The position numbers and the translations under genes are program-made. Under the pieces are notes generated by a model that saw nothing but the letters and a program-made list of their open reading frames with translations, did not search any database and was not told where the DNA came from. Of a stretch of 64,000 nt of DNA, positions 1-12,851 are shown piece after piece (positions within the stretch are counted from its first letter, which is position 1; every line of letters starts with the position of its first letter). This DNA comes from Euglena gracilis (lineage: Eukaryota), in assembly GCA_039621445.1 (NCBI GenBank), contig CP154954.1:11009229-11073228 (forward strand). Reading direction: 5' to 3'.

Positions 1-108
1 CCCGTGCTTACAAGTTGGCTCCAAACAGCTCGTGGATTTTTTGTAGCCAGTAGGCTCAGCACCACTCACTGTTTGAAGTCACCTGGTAAGAAGGGGGGGG
101 AGAAGGGG

Positions 109-202
109 CGTAGGAAAGAAAGCGAATCTGCTACCAAGTGTACGCCTTGGTAGTCTTTCTGTTTGTGAAGTATGTGTAGGTTCGTAACCTATTCTGCTAC
201 CA
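109..202 (-). promoter_or_regulatory. Two tandem tRNA-iMet primer-binding-site-like units next to a 5' LTR
   Basis: TCTGCTACCA at 127-136 and 193-202 (TGGTAGCAGA on minus), ~66 bp apart; same unit type as 50304-50534. Confidence 0.75.
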
Positions 203-618
203 CGTGTACGTCCCCTGACTCTATTCCCACTGCCTGTCGGCCTGCTTACACCCTCCCGTGGGAACCGAACCAGGAGAGTAACAAAAAAAAAAGTCTTTCA
301 CTTAACTATTAGTTTGTATTGCCTTTGGGCTTATGCAGAGCACAAGGCAAACCAGGTGTGATTTTGGAACTTGGGTTCCACAATTGTTCTCCAATCGGAA
401 TCGGAGTGTCCAAATCGAAGTTGCCTTTGATCAAGGCAAATGAAATCATGAATGAAATAATACCACCTGTGAAGGGAAAGGCAGATCCGAGATAGGATAG
501 GCCATTCCTAATTCTGCAATTTGTGTTGCAGAACACGGGATAGTACTATCTAACATGACATTGTACATTCTGCAGGCCGCTGCTATGCACAGTGCCATGT
601 TCATGCTGCCTGGTACAC
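203..618 (-). repeat. 5' LTR of an element running off the left window edge
   Basis: Minus strand reads TGTGTACCAGGCAGC...GGGACGTACACG then TGGTAGCAGA; internal motifs shared with 4030-4416, and CACAGGTGGTATT shared with other LTRs. Confidence 0.8.
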
Positions 619-619
619 A

Positions 620-1894
620 GAAATGCCGTCGTGGCCTGCCCGTCTTTGGTGTTTGGGAGGACAGGGGAAGGGGGACACCTTTTCTTCTACCTTCACCTTT
701 AAATCCCCATCTGGGCACCACGCCCTTGGCTCCTCCCTTGAATGAGTCAAATCGACCCTTTCCAAACACTTGTGAACTCGAGCTTGCTGCACCACAGGTG
801 GTGCCTTTGCCCCTCCATGGGCGATATACAAAGAAGTGAGGACCTGTGAAGGAAAGAAAGGACTGCCCACTAGGGGCAGAGAATTTTCCTCTCATCATAG
901 GTAGACGTTGAATATTTCCTTCCATCCACTGTGTCTTGATATCATCTTCAGTAAACAACACCTCCTCCTGGTTGCTTACAGCCATCTTGCTGATACCAGG
1001 TACTGTGTTCTCCTTCCTCTCGTTCTGCCTCCTGTTGTATGTCTCCGCCAGATACTGCAACACTTGCAGACTTGTCCTGGGGTCCGGGGGTCTCACCCAT
1101 GCGTGTCCCCAAACTTGCAAGACATTCAGCAGCGCCTACGAGATAGCACGGAGGAAGGCGTCGTTCTTATTCTTGAACCCTCACTTCTGCCACAGGGGGT
1201 TGTTCTCTGGGGCTCGCGCGGAAATCAGCGACAACTTCGCGTGTTGCTCAAGGAGGCGTCGGACTTCTATCTTGTGTTCTCCTTTCCTGGCCCTGTTCCA
1301 CAGCTCCGCCAGCTCACGGGGAAGCTCCACCTCAGCCTCGTCCCAGTCGAACTTCAGCTCTTCGACATCCGAGTCCACCTCCATGACTGGTGATCTTGGT
1401 TCCGCTGGTGGGACCGCCTCCACTGCACCAGCTATGGCAAACGCCGCGTCTGCCAGGTCCTGGGGCACCTCCATGGGCGGAAGGTCCACTTTGAAGATCA
1501 AGGCGAGACTGAAGAGCCAAATATCCCTGTACGGGTCGAAGGTGGGCTTGACAAGGGCGGCTCCGGACAGCTGATACAACACACGGCTTGCCTTCCCAGT
1601 GCTCCAATTCGTTCCCTGAAACCGTTGCCCTGCCATCAGAACAGCCACGAAGTTCCCCTTGCTCAAGGATGGGAGTAGAAGAGCTTTTTCCACGTTGAAC
1701 ATGAAGGATGACCAATGCTCCTCCAATTTCGATCCTTCTGCCAATACTTTTGCAACAACTCCGTCATTGCTTCTCCCAGAAATCTTCTTCGAAACCTTCA
1801 AGGCTATAACCGCCAAAAGCGAAAAGCAGTAAGGAAACACCCGAGGCACGAAAAACCAAGAAACACTAGCCGGTGCGAGAAAGACAGGTCCCAT
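620..1894 (-). pseudogene. Degenerate gag-like ORF of another retroelement (possibly DIRS/Ngaro-like), cut by the LTR at 618
   Basis: ORFs 1181-1894 and 446-1120 are in one frame across a stop; helical region, then LFTEDDIK and a G/K/R-rich tail; family call is weak. Confidence 0.35.
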
Positions 1895-2454
1895 CTTTTA
1901 GAAGTGCTGAGAAAGGGGGTCCTCCTCGGGGGGTCGGTAAGTAATGGTATGTTCGGAAGCGTGGCCAGAGTCCCCAGTTGTCGTGACTCACTTGTATTTC
2001 GGGAGCTGTGAGGGACTGTTTTGTGAGAGTGTAAGTGACCCCCCCCCTTCCAATGCTTCCCCTACCGGGTTGGTAAAGTTTGTCGGGTGTCAGGTCCCAG
2101 GCGGATCATAGAGGGAAACTATTCTTCGGTGTCTCAAGTTTTTTTTTTCGTTGTGGAAAAAGGAAAACAATTATCTCAATATGCGGTCAAATACAGTTTT
2201 ACACCTGGTTTTTGAACCTCCCATCCACCAAACATGTGTCATTTTTTGTCCAAAACGACGATTTCGGGAAAGAAAAAATTTACGGAGACGCGGAACCCAA
2301 AACGTTTTTTAGCTTTCCCCCCCCTGGTGGAAAGCTCAGAGTGCTCAAAATGTTACATATGATTATAAAATATAAAATACATATGGAACAAAGTGGTGCC
2401 CATACCTGGGGTATGGGGGGTATTGGGATGTTGTTGGTGAGGCTTATAGCCCCC

Positions 2455-2660
2455 GGGCACTCGAACAGTTGAACACTCGAACATACGTCGCGCGATTTGG
2501 CAACAAAAAAGGTCGGTGGACAAAGATGAGGTTTATTTTTCTTTCCGGGCGGCGGGTTCCGGTGTGGCGGGACCCCCCCCCCCCCGCCAGGCACTTGAAC
2601 AGTTTCATACGTCGCGCGGCCGACAAACGCTCATTTTTGGCTCAAAAGCAGGTTGACCAT
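2455..2660. repeat. Dispersed repeat (probable DNA-transposon/MITE end), inverted copy near 63330-63415
   Basis: GGCACTTGAACAGTTTCATACGTCGCGCGG...AAACGCTCATTTTTGGCTCAAAA matches the reverse complement of 63335-63410. Confidence 0.6.
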
Positions 2661-3890
2661 TCGGGCTCCGCACTGCGAGTTGGTGAGTGAGGTCCTGCTT
2701 TCTTTGCCGGCTGTTCTGTCCTGGTGTGTTTGTGCGTGCCCGGGGGGTGCTCCTTACTGCTTTTTCCTGCCGGAGTTGGCTGATTCCTAATTCTGCACTT
2801 CGACCTCAAGGAGAAAGAATTTGACTTCTACGAGTTCAAGTGGGATTACTTTACGAGGAGTACTACATTCACGAAGACCATTACTTTATCAACTGGTGGA
2901 CCGGACTTTTTCGGACCTTCAACTTCCTTGAGGACGAATTCAACTCTTCGAGTTCAACTGGAATTATTCCCAGACGCATTGCACTTACTAAAAAAAGATC
3001 AATAACTGGACTTCCATGAATAATGATGACGAATCTCAAAGAAAATCAGATTGCCAAGAAGATCTTCAAAGAACTTCCATTTGGCCTCCATTGGCACTCA
3101 GGCTGCTTGGCCTCCTCAGAAGCTTTCTTACAGCACTGCCATGCCTCAGGGAATTCACCGACCTACTAATAAAATTTTCAAGAAAAGCATTGACATCTAC
3201 GTTTGGATCAAGTACATCCTGTGCCAAGAGGTTTAAAAAATCAAGTGCTGGAGTTAGGCACTCTTCAATGCTCGGGTCCAGCAAGAAAGATTTACTCTGA
3301 CTCTCGGGCCCAGGACCTTTGCATGCCACTGGAGCAAAATGATGTAATAGGTCGAAATGGTGTCCCAGGGGGGCCTTAGCAGGCCCATGGTCTTTCCAGG
3401 ACACTAGGGGAAAATGGTGTCACAGGGAGGTTGGGGTGAAAAAATGTTTTTGAACGACAAGGTATCAGCAGGTGAACTGAGTTTTCTTTGTGGACACAGG
3501 TTTTCATTGGAACTGTCAAACAAAGCAACAATAAATGCACAGAAATGGAATGCGAATGGGTTCCAGGTGACAAAGGGGGACAGTCAACTGATGTTCGTGC
3601 AGCCAGTGGCCCAAAAACTGGCAAAGAGAAACAGAACTGGGAAATGTTGTCTGATAGATGATGTGAGATAACTGGGGTGAAGATGGAAGACACCTTTTGA
3701 AAACAATCTGGGGGGTTGGTGGAAGATGTCAGCACCAAAAGGTCTCTTTGCATGCAAAGGGAAAGACTGATGTGTGGTGGGTAATGAGGGTGGGTATGAG
3801 AAGAATGCAGGACCCTTTGCAAAGACAGAGATTGGTTGGATGCATGGTGGGTTTGCAGTGGTTGGACATGGTAGAAGTGGTGGGCGTGGG

Positions 3891-4416
3891 TGTGTACCAG
3901 GCAGCATGAACATTGCACTGTGCATAGCAGCAGTCTGCAGAATGTACAATGTCATGCTAGATAGTATTTTTCCATGTTCTGCAACACAAATTGCAGAATT
4001 GGGAATAGCCTATCCTCTCTTGGGTTTGTGCCTCCCTGCCTGTCGGCCTACTTAAACCCTCCCGTGGGAACGGAAACAGGAGAGTAACAAAAGTAAAAGT
4101 CTTTCACTTAACTATCAGTTTTTAGTGCCTTTGGGTTTAGGCAGAGCACAAGGCAAACCAGGTGTTATTTTTGAACTTCAGTTCCAGTAGTCTTCTCCTA
4201 TCGGAGTTCAAATCTTCAAATCTTGGTTTTCCCTTTCGGGCTAATGAAGCGTGAAACAAAATAATACCACCCGTGAAAAGGTAGACAAATATGAGATAGG
4301 ACAGGCTATTCCTAACTGTGAAATTTGTGTTGTAGAACATGGAATAGTACTATCTAGCATTAGGTAGTGCAGACTGCTTTTATGCACAGGGACAAGTTCA
4401 TGCTGCCTGGTACACA
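3891..4416. repeat. Rearranged (fold-back) LTR: 5' ~130 bp on plus joined to a near-complete LTR on minus
   Basis: Starts TGTGTACCAGGCAGCATGAAC and ends GTTCATGCTGCCTGGTACACA; both halves homologous to LTR 203-618. Confidence 0.8.
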
Positions 4417-6399
4417 GTGTGCAGTGATTAGGGGGGTCACTGTTGGAGGAGGCCTTTCAGCCCCATAGCCTTTTTTGCCACTGGCTGGTTTGAGGGTGCT
4501 GTCGACTGTCGGGGGCGTCCGACAGTCAAAAATGGTAACGAGGAAGCTTTTGAAAACACGTAATTTTCATTCCGCGCAGAACGCGCATTCAATAGGAAAA
4601 GCCTAATTTGAGGTTCTAATTTAACACAATTTGCTTCCACAGACCTTTGTGGGTTTTTTTGTGATTGGCATCAATCAAAAATTGATTTGGAGAATCAAAA
4701 TCAAGAGAAGGTTCATTGTTTGGAAGAATTGTCAATTTCAGGTCCTCTTCCCACTTTCACGGTGTGTGCGTGTTTCTGTTGCCTTTTACCACCATCCATT
4801 GCACCAACACACCCACCCTGACCATTTCCAGTGTTTTTGCATATTTAAGAAAGGGTGGGTGAAATGGCTTCGTGGGGACTGAAATTTGGGACTACATTTT
4901 TAAAGGAACGGAATTTTGACTTTGTGCAAATTTTCAGGGGAAAAGCAAATTCGATCCTACGCACACCCCTCCGGTCGGGGGGTACACCAGTGGGCGAAAC
5001 GGGGGGTGGCCTGAGCCCTCCACCACCAGGAAAAACACTGGCCCCGGGCCAGGGAACGGCAGCCCCAAGGGTGGGTGTCGGGGACGAGGCAGCCGGCCGG
5101 GGGGCTGGGGTCTCTGGTCCGACGCTCGCAGGGGGGGCGCCGGGTGTGAACATGGTACGCAGAGGTTGCTTCACTGACTCTGTCAGTGAAGAATTTTTGG
5201 ATTCGGTTGATGACAAACCAGAACCCCTGAACATGGTTGGCAGGGGTGGATTCACTGACTTCGTCAGTGAAAAGTTTTCGAATTCCCTGAACATGACAAG
5301 CAGAGAATTTTTTGCGACAAAACTTTCCTGTCGACAAAACTTTTTTCAGCCAGAAAATGCGGACAAATTTGCTGGCACAGCCAGCAGAGATCTTGCTGAA
5401 AGGTTTGACATGGTCACAGATTTTTCAAAGTCCAAAACGTTTGCTGAGTCTGTGAATGTGGAATCACAGAATTTTTCAGGTCAGCCACCAGATTTTTCAG
5501 AGAGCTGCCCCCGAAATCAAAATGTCAGAACTGCAGAACCTGTGAAATCTGAGGAGTTGCTTCAAACAATTGGCTGGTTGGCTCATTGGAATCATTCAGG
5601 TTTTTCTGCAGTGTCTCTCAGCCAATCTTCAATCTCAAAACAATCTCAATTCAATTCAAATCCCAGCTCCCAGTGATTTAACACACAATCACAGGTTGCC
5701 TCAGATGATACTTCAGATTTCTCGTCTGAAAAATCAGGGGTTAGCCCTGCAAACTCAGTCCCCATAAGGACGACAACTGCACAGGGGGGAAATTCACAGC
5801 CAGAAGAGGAAAATAAGCTGGTTCAGTGGGCAGAATCCCCCCCGTCGTATCAAAGTGACTGTGAAACGGAGGGTGAGGGTGTGCAAAACCCAGATCTGTT
5901 GAGAGAAATGGAGGATTTTTTGATTGCTGCAGGCTGGGTACCACCCAGAAATTCACGGTTTGGAGCAAAATCCGCCAGATTTTTCTGCGAATTACAGTTT
6001 TCTGATGCAAAACCCCCCAGCTAGACAGCCAGTTTGGAAATAAGTGCCCAGAATTTGGGACATATCTCCCACGAATTGAAGGGGGTGAACCTGTGCTTTT
6101 GTTGGAGGACAGATTTTCAGTGGACCGTAGATTAACAGCCAACGAGTGGATGGTAATTGTGGCAGAGCCAGACCCTGAAAATTTAATATCGACAATTTTA
6201 ACAGCTGAATCTGCCAAACTGGGCATAGGGGGGCCAGCCGGGCTGTTAAATCAAGCAGGGTCTAACATGGAAATCAGGGGGGATGAGGAAATGGAACCAG
6301 AATTGCCTGTTTTTCAGCCCCCTATTTTTGGACCACAGCCCCCCGATTCTGATTGCCAAATGACGGGTGGTGATGATTTTGACTCATGTGACCAATGGG

Positions 6400-7860
6400 C
6401 ATATGGGGTGGATTGTTATTTGCAGGAATTGAGCCGAAGTATAACAAATTAGGAAAGCATCCCCCAGGTCGTAGTTAAAAATAGGCTAGAAAGTTTTGAG
6501 AAGAATTTGGCGGAAAAAAATGCTCGAGCATAGACATAACTTTTGAACTTCATCCATGAAAATTTGGAGAAACGAACGGCTCAAATGTGCAGCCAGTTTG
6601 AGCACGAAAAGCAAAAAAGTCAGAGGCAAATTCAGCAATCAGTCAGCCAATTTATTTTATGGTGCCAAGAGGGTGGGAGTGCAGTTTAAAACATTGCAAA
6701 CTGCCACAAACAACTTTTGGGGATCGAAGTTCAAAGGCAGATCGAAGGAAAATTTCATAATTTTGAGAAAAAGTTACGAGATTTTCTGGGCAGTGAACTG
6801 GCACAACTTTAGAGCCGTGGAAACGATGTCCAAAACAAATTGTTTGCAGCAGGTGGGTTGGTCGAGCAAGTTGCAATTTGTTTGCATTCTGTTGAGCAAA
6901 TTAAGTCAGATTTTCAGAAAGAAATTTTGGCAATTCGACAGGCAAATCGTGCGCTATGCTCTGGGGTGGACAAAAAATTTGCTGAAATCGCTGCTGGGCT
7001 GAAAATGGTGGGGGAGGAATCAAAGTCAGGTTTTGGGACCTTAGCCCAGGAAATTCAGCACCGATTGGCAGCAACTAGAAACGAGAGCAAAGCTCTGGGG
7101 GGCAGGGTCGCAGCAGTTGAGAAATTTATGGGAAGCCAGGAGGTGCCTTGGGATAAGGTGGTTGAAATGCTGGGAAAATCAGAAGCAACAATTCAACTGG
7201 AAGGAAGGAAATTTCGTAGGGAAATGGCAGTTCAGGAATCTGCGGCAAGAAAAAATTGGCAACAGGTGAATCTTTTTAACGAAGGCAAATTTACCCTTGA
7301 GCATTGGCTTGAGTTTCAGGCAAATTTCAAGATGGCCAAGTGCAAGGTTAAGGATGCCGGGGAGGGGGAAGCAAAACGGCTTTTGTTGCAAAAACTTCCC
7401 TCATTCATCCTAAAATGGGTTTCAGATGAGGAGGAAAGGAGGCTGAATAATCAGCCAACTTTACGCCTAAAGGAGCCAGGGAATAGGAATTCAGAAATGG
7501 TTTCCGTAAGCTTGGGGAGAATACTTGGAAAAAGACCCACAAAAGTGTCGGAAATTCACGAGGGGTAATTTGAAATCATTTTCCCTGACATTTGTGCACA
7601 GGAAGTTGAACCCATTTTGACCACCGAGGATATTTTCAACCTCGTGAAAACAAAGTTGACTCTCAGAAACAAGCATGACGCCTTACAGAGTTCTGTTTCA
7701 ATCCCAGGCTATCAAGGGTTTAGGCGTTCATGGTCGGTGGGTGCTGAAAATCGATGGGGGAGGCAATCGGGGAGTCGGAAGAGTTCACCGGGGTCAACCC
7801 CGGGTAGGGCAACGACACCTCCCACAGCCAAAAGCAAATCACAAATCAGCGGAACAGCAA
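6400..7860 (+). pseudogene. Degenerate gag-like region of a different element family
   Basis: Coiled-coil-like stretch, then FTLEHWLEFQANF...EAKRLLLQKLP (ORF 6840-7568) and an S/R/P-rich tail; not alignable by eye to gag of A/B/C. Confidence 0.4.
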
Positions 7861-7864
7861 AACC

Positions 7865-10800
7865 ACACCGACCACCGGAAGAGGTGCTCGAAGTGGTGCA
7901 GAATCGTATGTACGATCACAGCAAAAGATCTTTCTACAGTGCCGAAATTCATGCATTTTAGGGATACCCTCATTCGGATGAAGTCGTCCTGGACCGGATG
8001 TCCGGTTTCTGGGAGCTGTGGCTCTGGTTGGGATACCCCTGCCAGAACTTCGGCATTTTTACCGACCGAAACGGTCTGACGTACATCGACTGTATGAACA
8101 CGTGTGCCGACGACGAAACGTTCGTCGCACAGCTGAAGGAAATCTTCACGTACCTGTATTCCGTCGGAGCACTGGGAATCCAGTGGAAATATTACCCCCT
8201 GCCGGAGAAACTCCAGGCGCAGGCCGCGGTAATGTTCACATGCAATCTGCAAATCCACTTGGACAGCATGTATGGCACGCTGTTCAAGGTCCTGGACGTC
8301 GACCTCGCGTACCCCCAGCGGTACAAACTGGTATGCCATTTTTGCAAAGAAGTACACATTGTTGACTTCTGGGGTTTTGGAGAACGCGGAAAACCGCCTC
8401 CTATTGCCGAGAATGTCGGCAGCCAGCCGACCAGTAGATTCTTCCTGCATCAGTGCCGGAATCCCCAGATCGGAACGCAAGACAGAAATGTGCTGAAACA
8501 GCACCGGCAGAAAATATTTCTGCTGCCACAATACTGGCACAGGGCGTGGACTACTTACGTCCTGGAGGTTTATATCTCTGGAATGCATGACCACTGATGT
8601 GGATATCCACAGGAGGTGGCTACCTCGAGGATACATCGAGGTGGATCCAGACTGAATGACCCAGACCGACGCAGGATGAACCTGCGGCCGGACTGGCAGG
8701 AGGCCGAAATCGGTCTCCGGGAGCACTCGACACCCAGTTCGGGAATATCCTGATCTGGGAGGACTTCCAAGACTTTTTCGCGGCAAACGTGGAAAAACAG
8801 CCACATTATGCCCTGCCGCTACCCGCTTTCCTGGAAGACACAGGAGAATAAATTTACGGCATGAGCTGGAACCGTCGAATGCAGTGGGAAGACCTCTGCA
8901 TGATCAGCGAGGACGAGCCAGAACCTCCACCCGGAAGCTGGGTAAGAGCGTCATGGCCGCCCCCATAGCCCAACTCTGACAGCAGTGAAAATATAAGCTT
9001 TTACCGCCTGGCAGATGCACAAGTGTGCTACAGGAGCGGAAAAGATCCGCGTTCTGCAGCTCAACTACAGACAACCGAATCCCCTCCGGAAGCGGAGGAG
9101 GAGAAGGAAGCGGTCCCCATGGCCGAGGATGAACATCAGCCAGCGGAACCTCCGGCACAGGAAACCCGTAGCCCATCTGTAGTGATGCTGGACACTGTGG
9201 CAGAAACTGCCCAGCGCCGAGGATCTCCCGCAGGTGAAATGACCCCTGTACCACCGTCACCAACCTCACTGAGTAGGACAGGCGTACCAACCCCTACGCG
9301 GGAAAACCCGCCGGAGACGGTACCCCACACGCCTGAGGTATTACGCCTCAAGCTCCCTGTCCCCGGGGAAACCCCGTCGACAGCGGAGCCAGCGGAGGAG
9401 CCCACTTCAGGTGAAGGACCTGAGTGGCGCACCTCGCTGGGCGGACGCGTACTTGGTGGTTTGCGGTCACTGATCGCAGTCGTCACTCCACGTGGCAATG
9501 CGGCCTGTTCTTCCACAGCTGCGGCGGAAACTGCCCAGCCGGCGGAAGAAACACCTGACACTGCAGCCATGGTGGAGGATGAACCTCCCCAAACGGCGGC
9601 GCCACCGCCAATGTCGGAAGCGACACGGAAGGAAGGTGAACAGACAAAAATGGCAGTGGAGACAGAACCCACCGGGCCAGTACAGGATGAACCTGTACCA
9701 GCACCGACAGTCCCACCAGAGGCACGGGATGCACCTGCACCTACAGGCACAACCACAATCACTGCACAGAAGCGTCAAGGCACACGGACACCGGCGCCTG
9801 AAAAACAGTCCGAGCTGACGTCCATGCCTCCCCCACAGGCTCAACCAGCGCGAAGTGCACCGTCCACGCCTGCACCCACACCATCCGCCACGGCTACCCC
9901 TGGGAAACCCACGGGTGCCGCGGAGGAACGCGTAGGGCGACCCTCAGCTCGGGAAACCCCTGCTGAAGGTCACGGACGCTCGGTGTCGGGGAAAAGACCC
10001 CCGTCCCAAGCGTCACCACGCACCTGGGCAAGCAAGCGCGACGCCGAGCGGCGGCCCTCGGATACTCCGGAAACCGGAAGCCTGAAGCCCCCGGCCAAAT
10101 CAAAGCCGGGCGCCGCACCTTGCTAACCCACAAAAAAATCTGGTGACCAGTTCCCACCGAAAGGCGGTGCTGGTGCTGGCAGCCAGGGTGCTGCATCCTC
10201 TTCTCGGGGATCAACCTCGGGACAAGGATTAACACACGTCACGTCATCCGGATATGGGCAAACCTCACAGCCGAAACCACAGGCAAATGGGCAGGGAAAA
10301 TCCCGCGCCTCCACGGATGAGACACCTTCGGAAGACGAAGTTATCATCGACTGGAACGCGATCACTTAGGATGATCCTGAGACTCATGACCTGAAGAACA
10401 GGTACATGGTGATCGAAACACAAATTGAGGACAAATCAATGTCTCAATCGATGGATTGAGCCACTGTTCTGTCAGGGCCGAAAATGGTCCTTTGATCAGA
10501 CCCGTTACCTGGAATTATTACAATTCCAGATCTCCACGCGTTTTGGCCCAATACTTCGGCGAGGAATTCCTCGTCGAAAAAACGACGGTAAACCGTTTTG
10601 TGTGGCTTTGCACCGTATGCCACAAGATGTACAACAGTGCACCTGACTTGGGATTACCCCTCGCCCACGTGTGCAACCCTGTGGATCGGATAATGTTCCA
10701 CAAGGATGTATACATCCCCAACTGTGACGCCTTGGTAAGCGCCAAGTGCGTGGACAGTTGGACCCACAAGCACAATTTTCACTACACGGAGCGAGATGGT

Positions 10801-11760
10801 ACGAAGGTACCACTGCTCTGCGTCAACTGCCTTCGTGGTACCTTCTGGAAAACTGCGTAAGGCGCAGTTCGCACAATCGTGCCAAACGCTCAGAAGCCAC
10901 TGGAGGAATACGCCACCTTGCACAAAAAGTACAAGGAATTTTTCAAGTACTCCAACCTCAAGCTTGACGACTACCGCCACACGGGAATGGCCCGTGGGTG
11001 GCAGATCGACAGTGGGGCGATACGCCTCGCTGCTGAGGAGGCAGTGGTATGATTACCTTACCTCTGGGAGACAGCGTACAGGGAAAAGATACTTTTCCGT
11101 CTGTTCAAAGCCCAGGACCAAAATGGTCGCTGGTGCCTGCCACAATGGCCACCCGAAAACCACGGGTTAACCTGGAAAGACTGGCCTGGGGCCGTATTAC
11201 GACCCTATACAGTCCGCGCGGAATGTGCGCATCACATGCCCATTGACTTCCACCCGGGAATGCCCCGCAAGTGTCAGCCAATCACCCACGGATGAACTAC
11301 TTCATCTGGCAAGCCACTCTGCCCAGGAAATTCTGGGAGAAGCTGCAGTGGTTCCTCGCGGGAAGAGCGAGTGCAACCAAACACACAGTCCCCGAAGGAT
11401 GGGTTCGGGACTGGGTGGCACCTGACTTTGATTACGAATCGCCAGAAACCTGGCTCGTAGACAGGCCACCACCACTGCAATTTCATATGGTGCTGGTGGA
11501 AGATCCCCTGGACTCCCGCCATGATTATTGGCTGTTCGAAAGGATATAATGCCGAAAAGGCATTACCAGACCCCATGTAAGGTAATCGCCTGCATGGAGC
11601 CTGGACCCCCTGGTGGAGCATACACTGATAGCAGAAACAGCTAAGCAGCCCTGGGATGAACCCAGATCTGTCACGAGCTCTGGATGGAGGTATCCATGAG
11701 CCTCCCCCACAAAACATTGGCGGTGCGGACGGAAACCGTCTGCAGGAGGTAAGCGCCTCT
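7865..11760 (+). pseudogene. ORF3 (unknown protein), disrupted, 5'-truncated
   Basis: Pieces 7998-8597 (GFWELWLWLGYP, VDFWGFGERG), 9023-10126 (P/T/E-rich), 10456-10860 (WLCTVCH, CVNC), 11271-11549 (HPRMNYFIW...PRKFWEKLQ). Confidence 0.8.
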
Positions 11761-12423
11761 TATCACGTCGTGAGGTGCTATGAAGACCTTGGAAGCCGGG
11801 AAACCTGGCAAGCCGCTAAGTGACACACAGCACACAGCGCGCACGCCGTAATAATAGGCCAACTTGTCACTTTTCGGCCCTAAGGCCCCTTAAGGCTGCC
11901 AGAAAGCAAAAAGTCTGTTTTGGCCTAAACCAGCCCCCCTCTCCTCCCTACTTTCCTCCCACCCCGCAAAGCTGTCGCCGGCAGTCGGTTCTGTACGTAG
12001 GCTTTAGTTTCCTAGTGCTGATATGACCGCATAGGAGCGCTATCCTGGTGTGACCAGGATAGGAGCCGGCCCCCCACTTCCACACCTCTCCCCTTGGGTT
12101 TTCAGCGAATACCGCTTGACCAACCCCGCGTGCCTTTGGCACACCCAAAGTGGGTGGATGGGATACTTTGACAGGAAACCTGCCAGCCCCGTTTCCCGCA
12201 GTGGGCTTTTCACACCCCACCTAAGCCGAAACGGCTAATAGGTAACCGCGAAACGCGGCTAACCTTTTGCGTGTTTTTGTGCTTTGGGTGGATGCCACTG
12301 TGCGGAAAGGAGAGACACCAAATGGAGTAGAAGTGAACCCCACCGGGGAAGCGTCAGATATCCTGACTGGACCTGGGAATCCCTGGTCCATGAAGGAAAT
12401 CGGGCGTAGCCCTGGGAGCAGGA

Positions 12424-12851
12424 TGTGTACCAGGCACGTCCCAGCTCTGTAGGATATCTGCAGAGTGGGTTCTGTGATGGTCGCACCAGCTGTCGAAACC
12501 ACAGCTGGTACGATCGTGGCAGACCATTCTGGGATCGGCCCCTGGACACGTCAGCACTTTTCTCTCCTTCCCCCACAGGTGGTATTATTTACTGTCAAGC
12601 TTCCAAACTTTAACCATTGCTTTTGTCTGAGGGAAAACCCCTCGAAACAAATGAACTTGACTTCAGAGAAAACTTCTGAAGTCTTTGTATTGTGCATTGC
12701 CTCTTGAGGAATTGGGGACAAAGGGAAAAACCTCTTTTTGTTTCTCCAAAGTCTTTTCCCTACCATAAGTAGGTTGCGCACCAAGGCGAAAGCGAAAGGC
12801 TTTTTCAGAAAGTCCCAAAAAGGGGAAAATGGAAATCTTTGGACGTACACT
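12424..12851 (+). repeat. 3' LTR of element D
   Basis: TGTGTACCAGGCACG...GGACGTACACT, preceded by GGAAATCGGGCGTAGCCCTGGGAGCAGGA, homologous to the PPT region of A; similar to LTR 47546-47956. Confidence 0.85.

Larger units (their letters stand above)
7865..12851 (+). mobile_element. Element D: 3' part of the giant Gypsy element (ORF3 domains 2-3, PPT, 3' LTR)
   Basis: High similarity to ORF3 of B (33813-36250, minus) and homology to the C-terminal domain of A; ends in an LTR. Confidence 0.85.

Noticed and set aside
3066-3890. DIRS tyrosine-recombinase or MT relic as donor of the MTase-like domain
   Set aside because: No catalytic RHRY or MT motifs are recognisable; too degraded to call
7839-8804. 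Long antisense ORFs (e.g. 7839-8804, 59737-60654, 34859-35467)
   Set aside because: They shadow GC-rich ORF3 on the opposite strand and have no independent motifs
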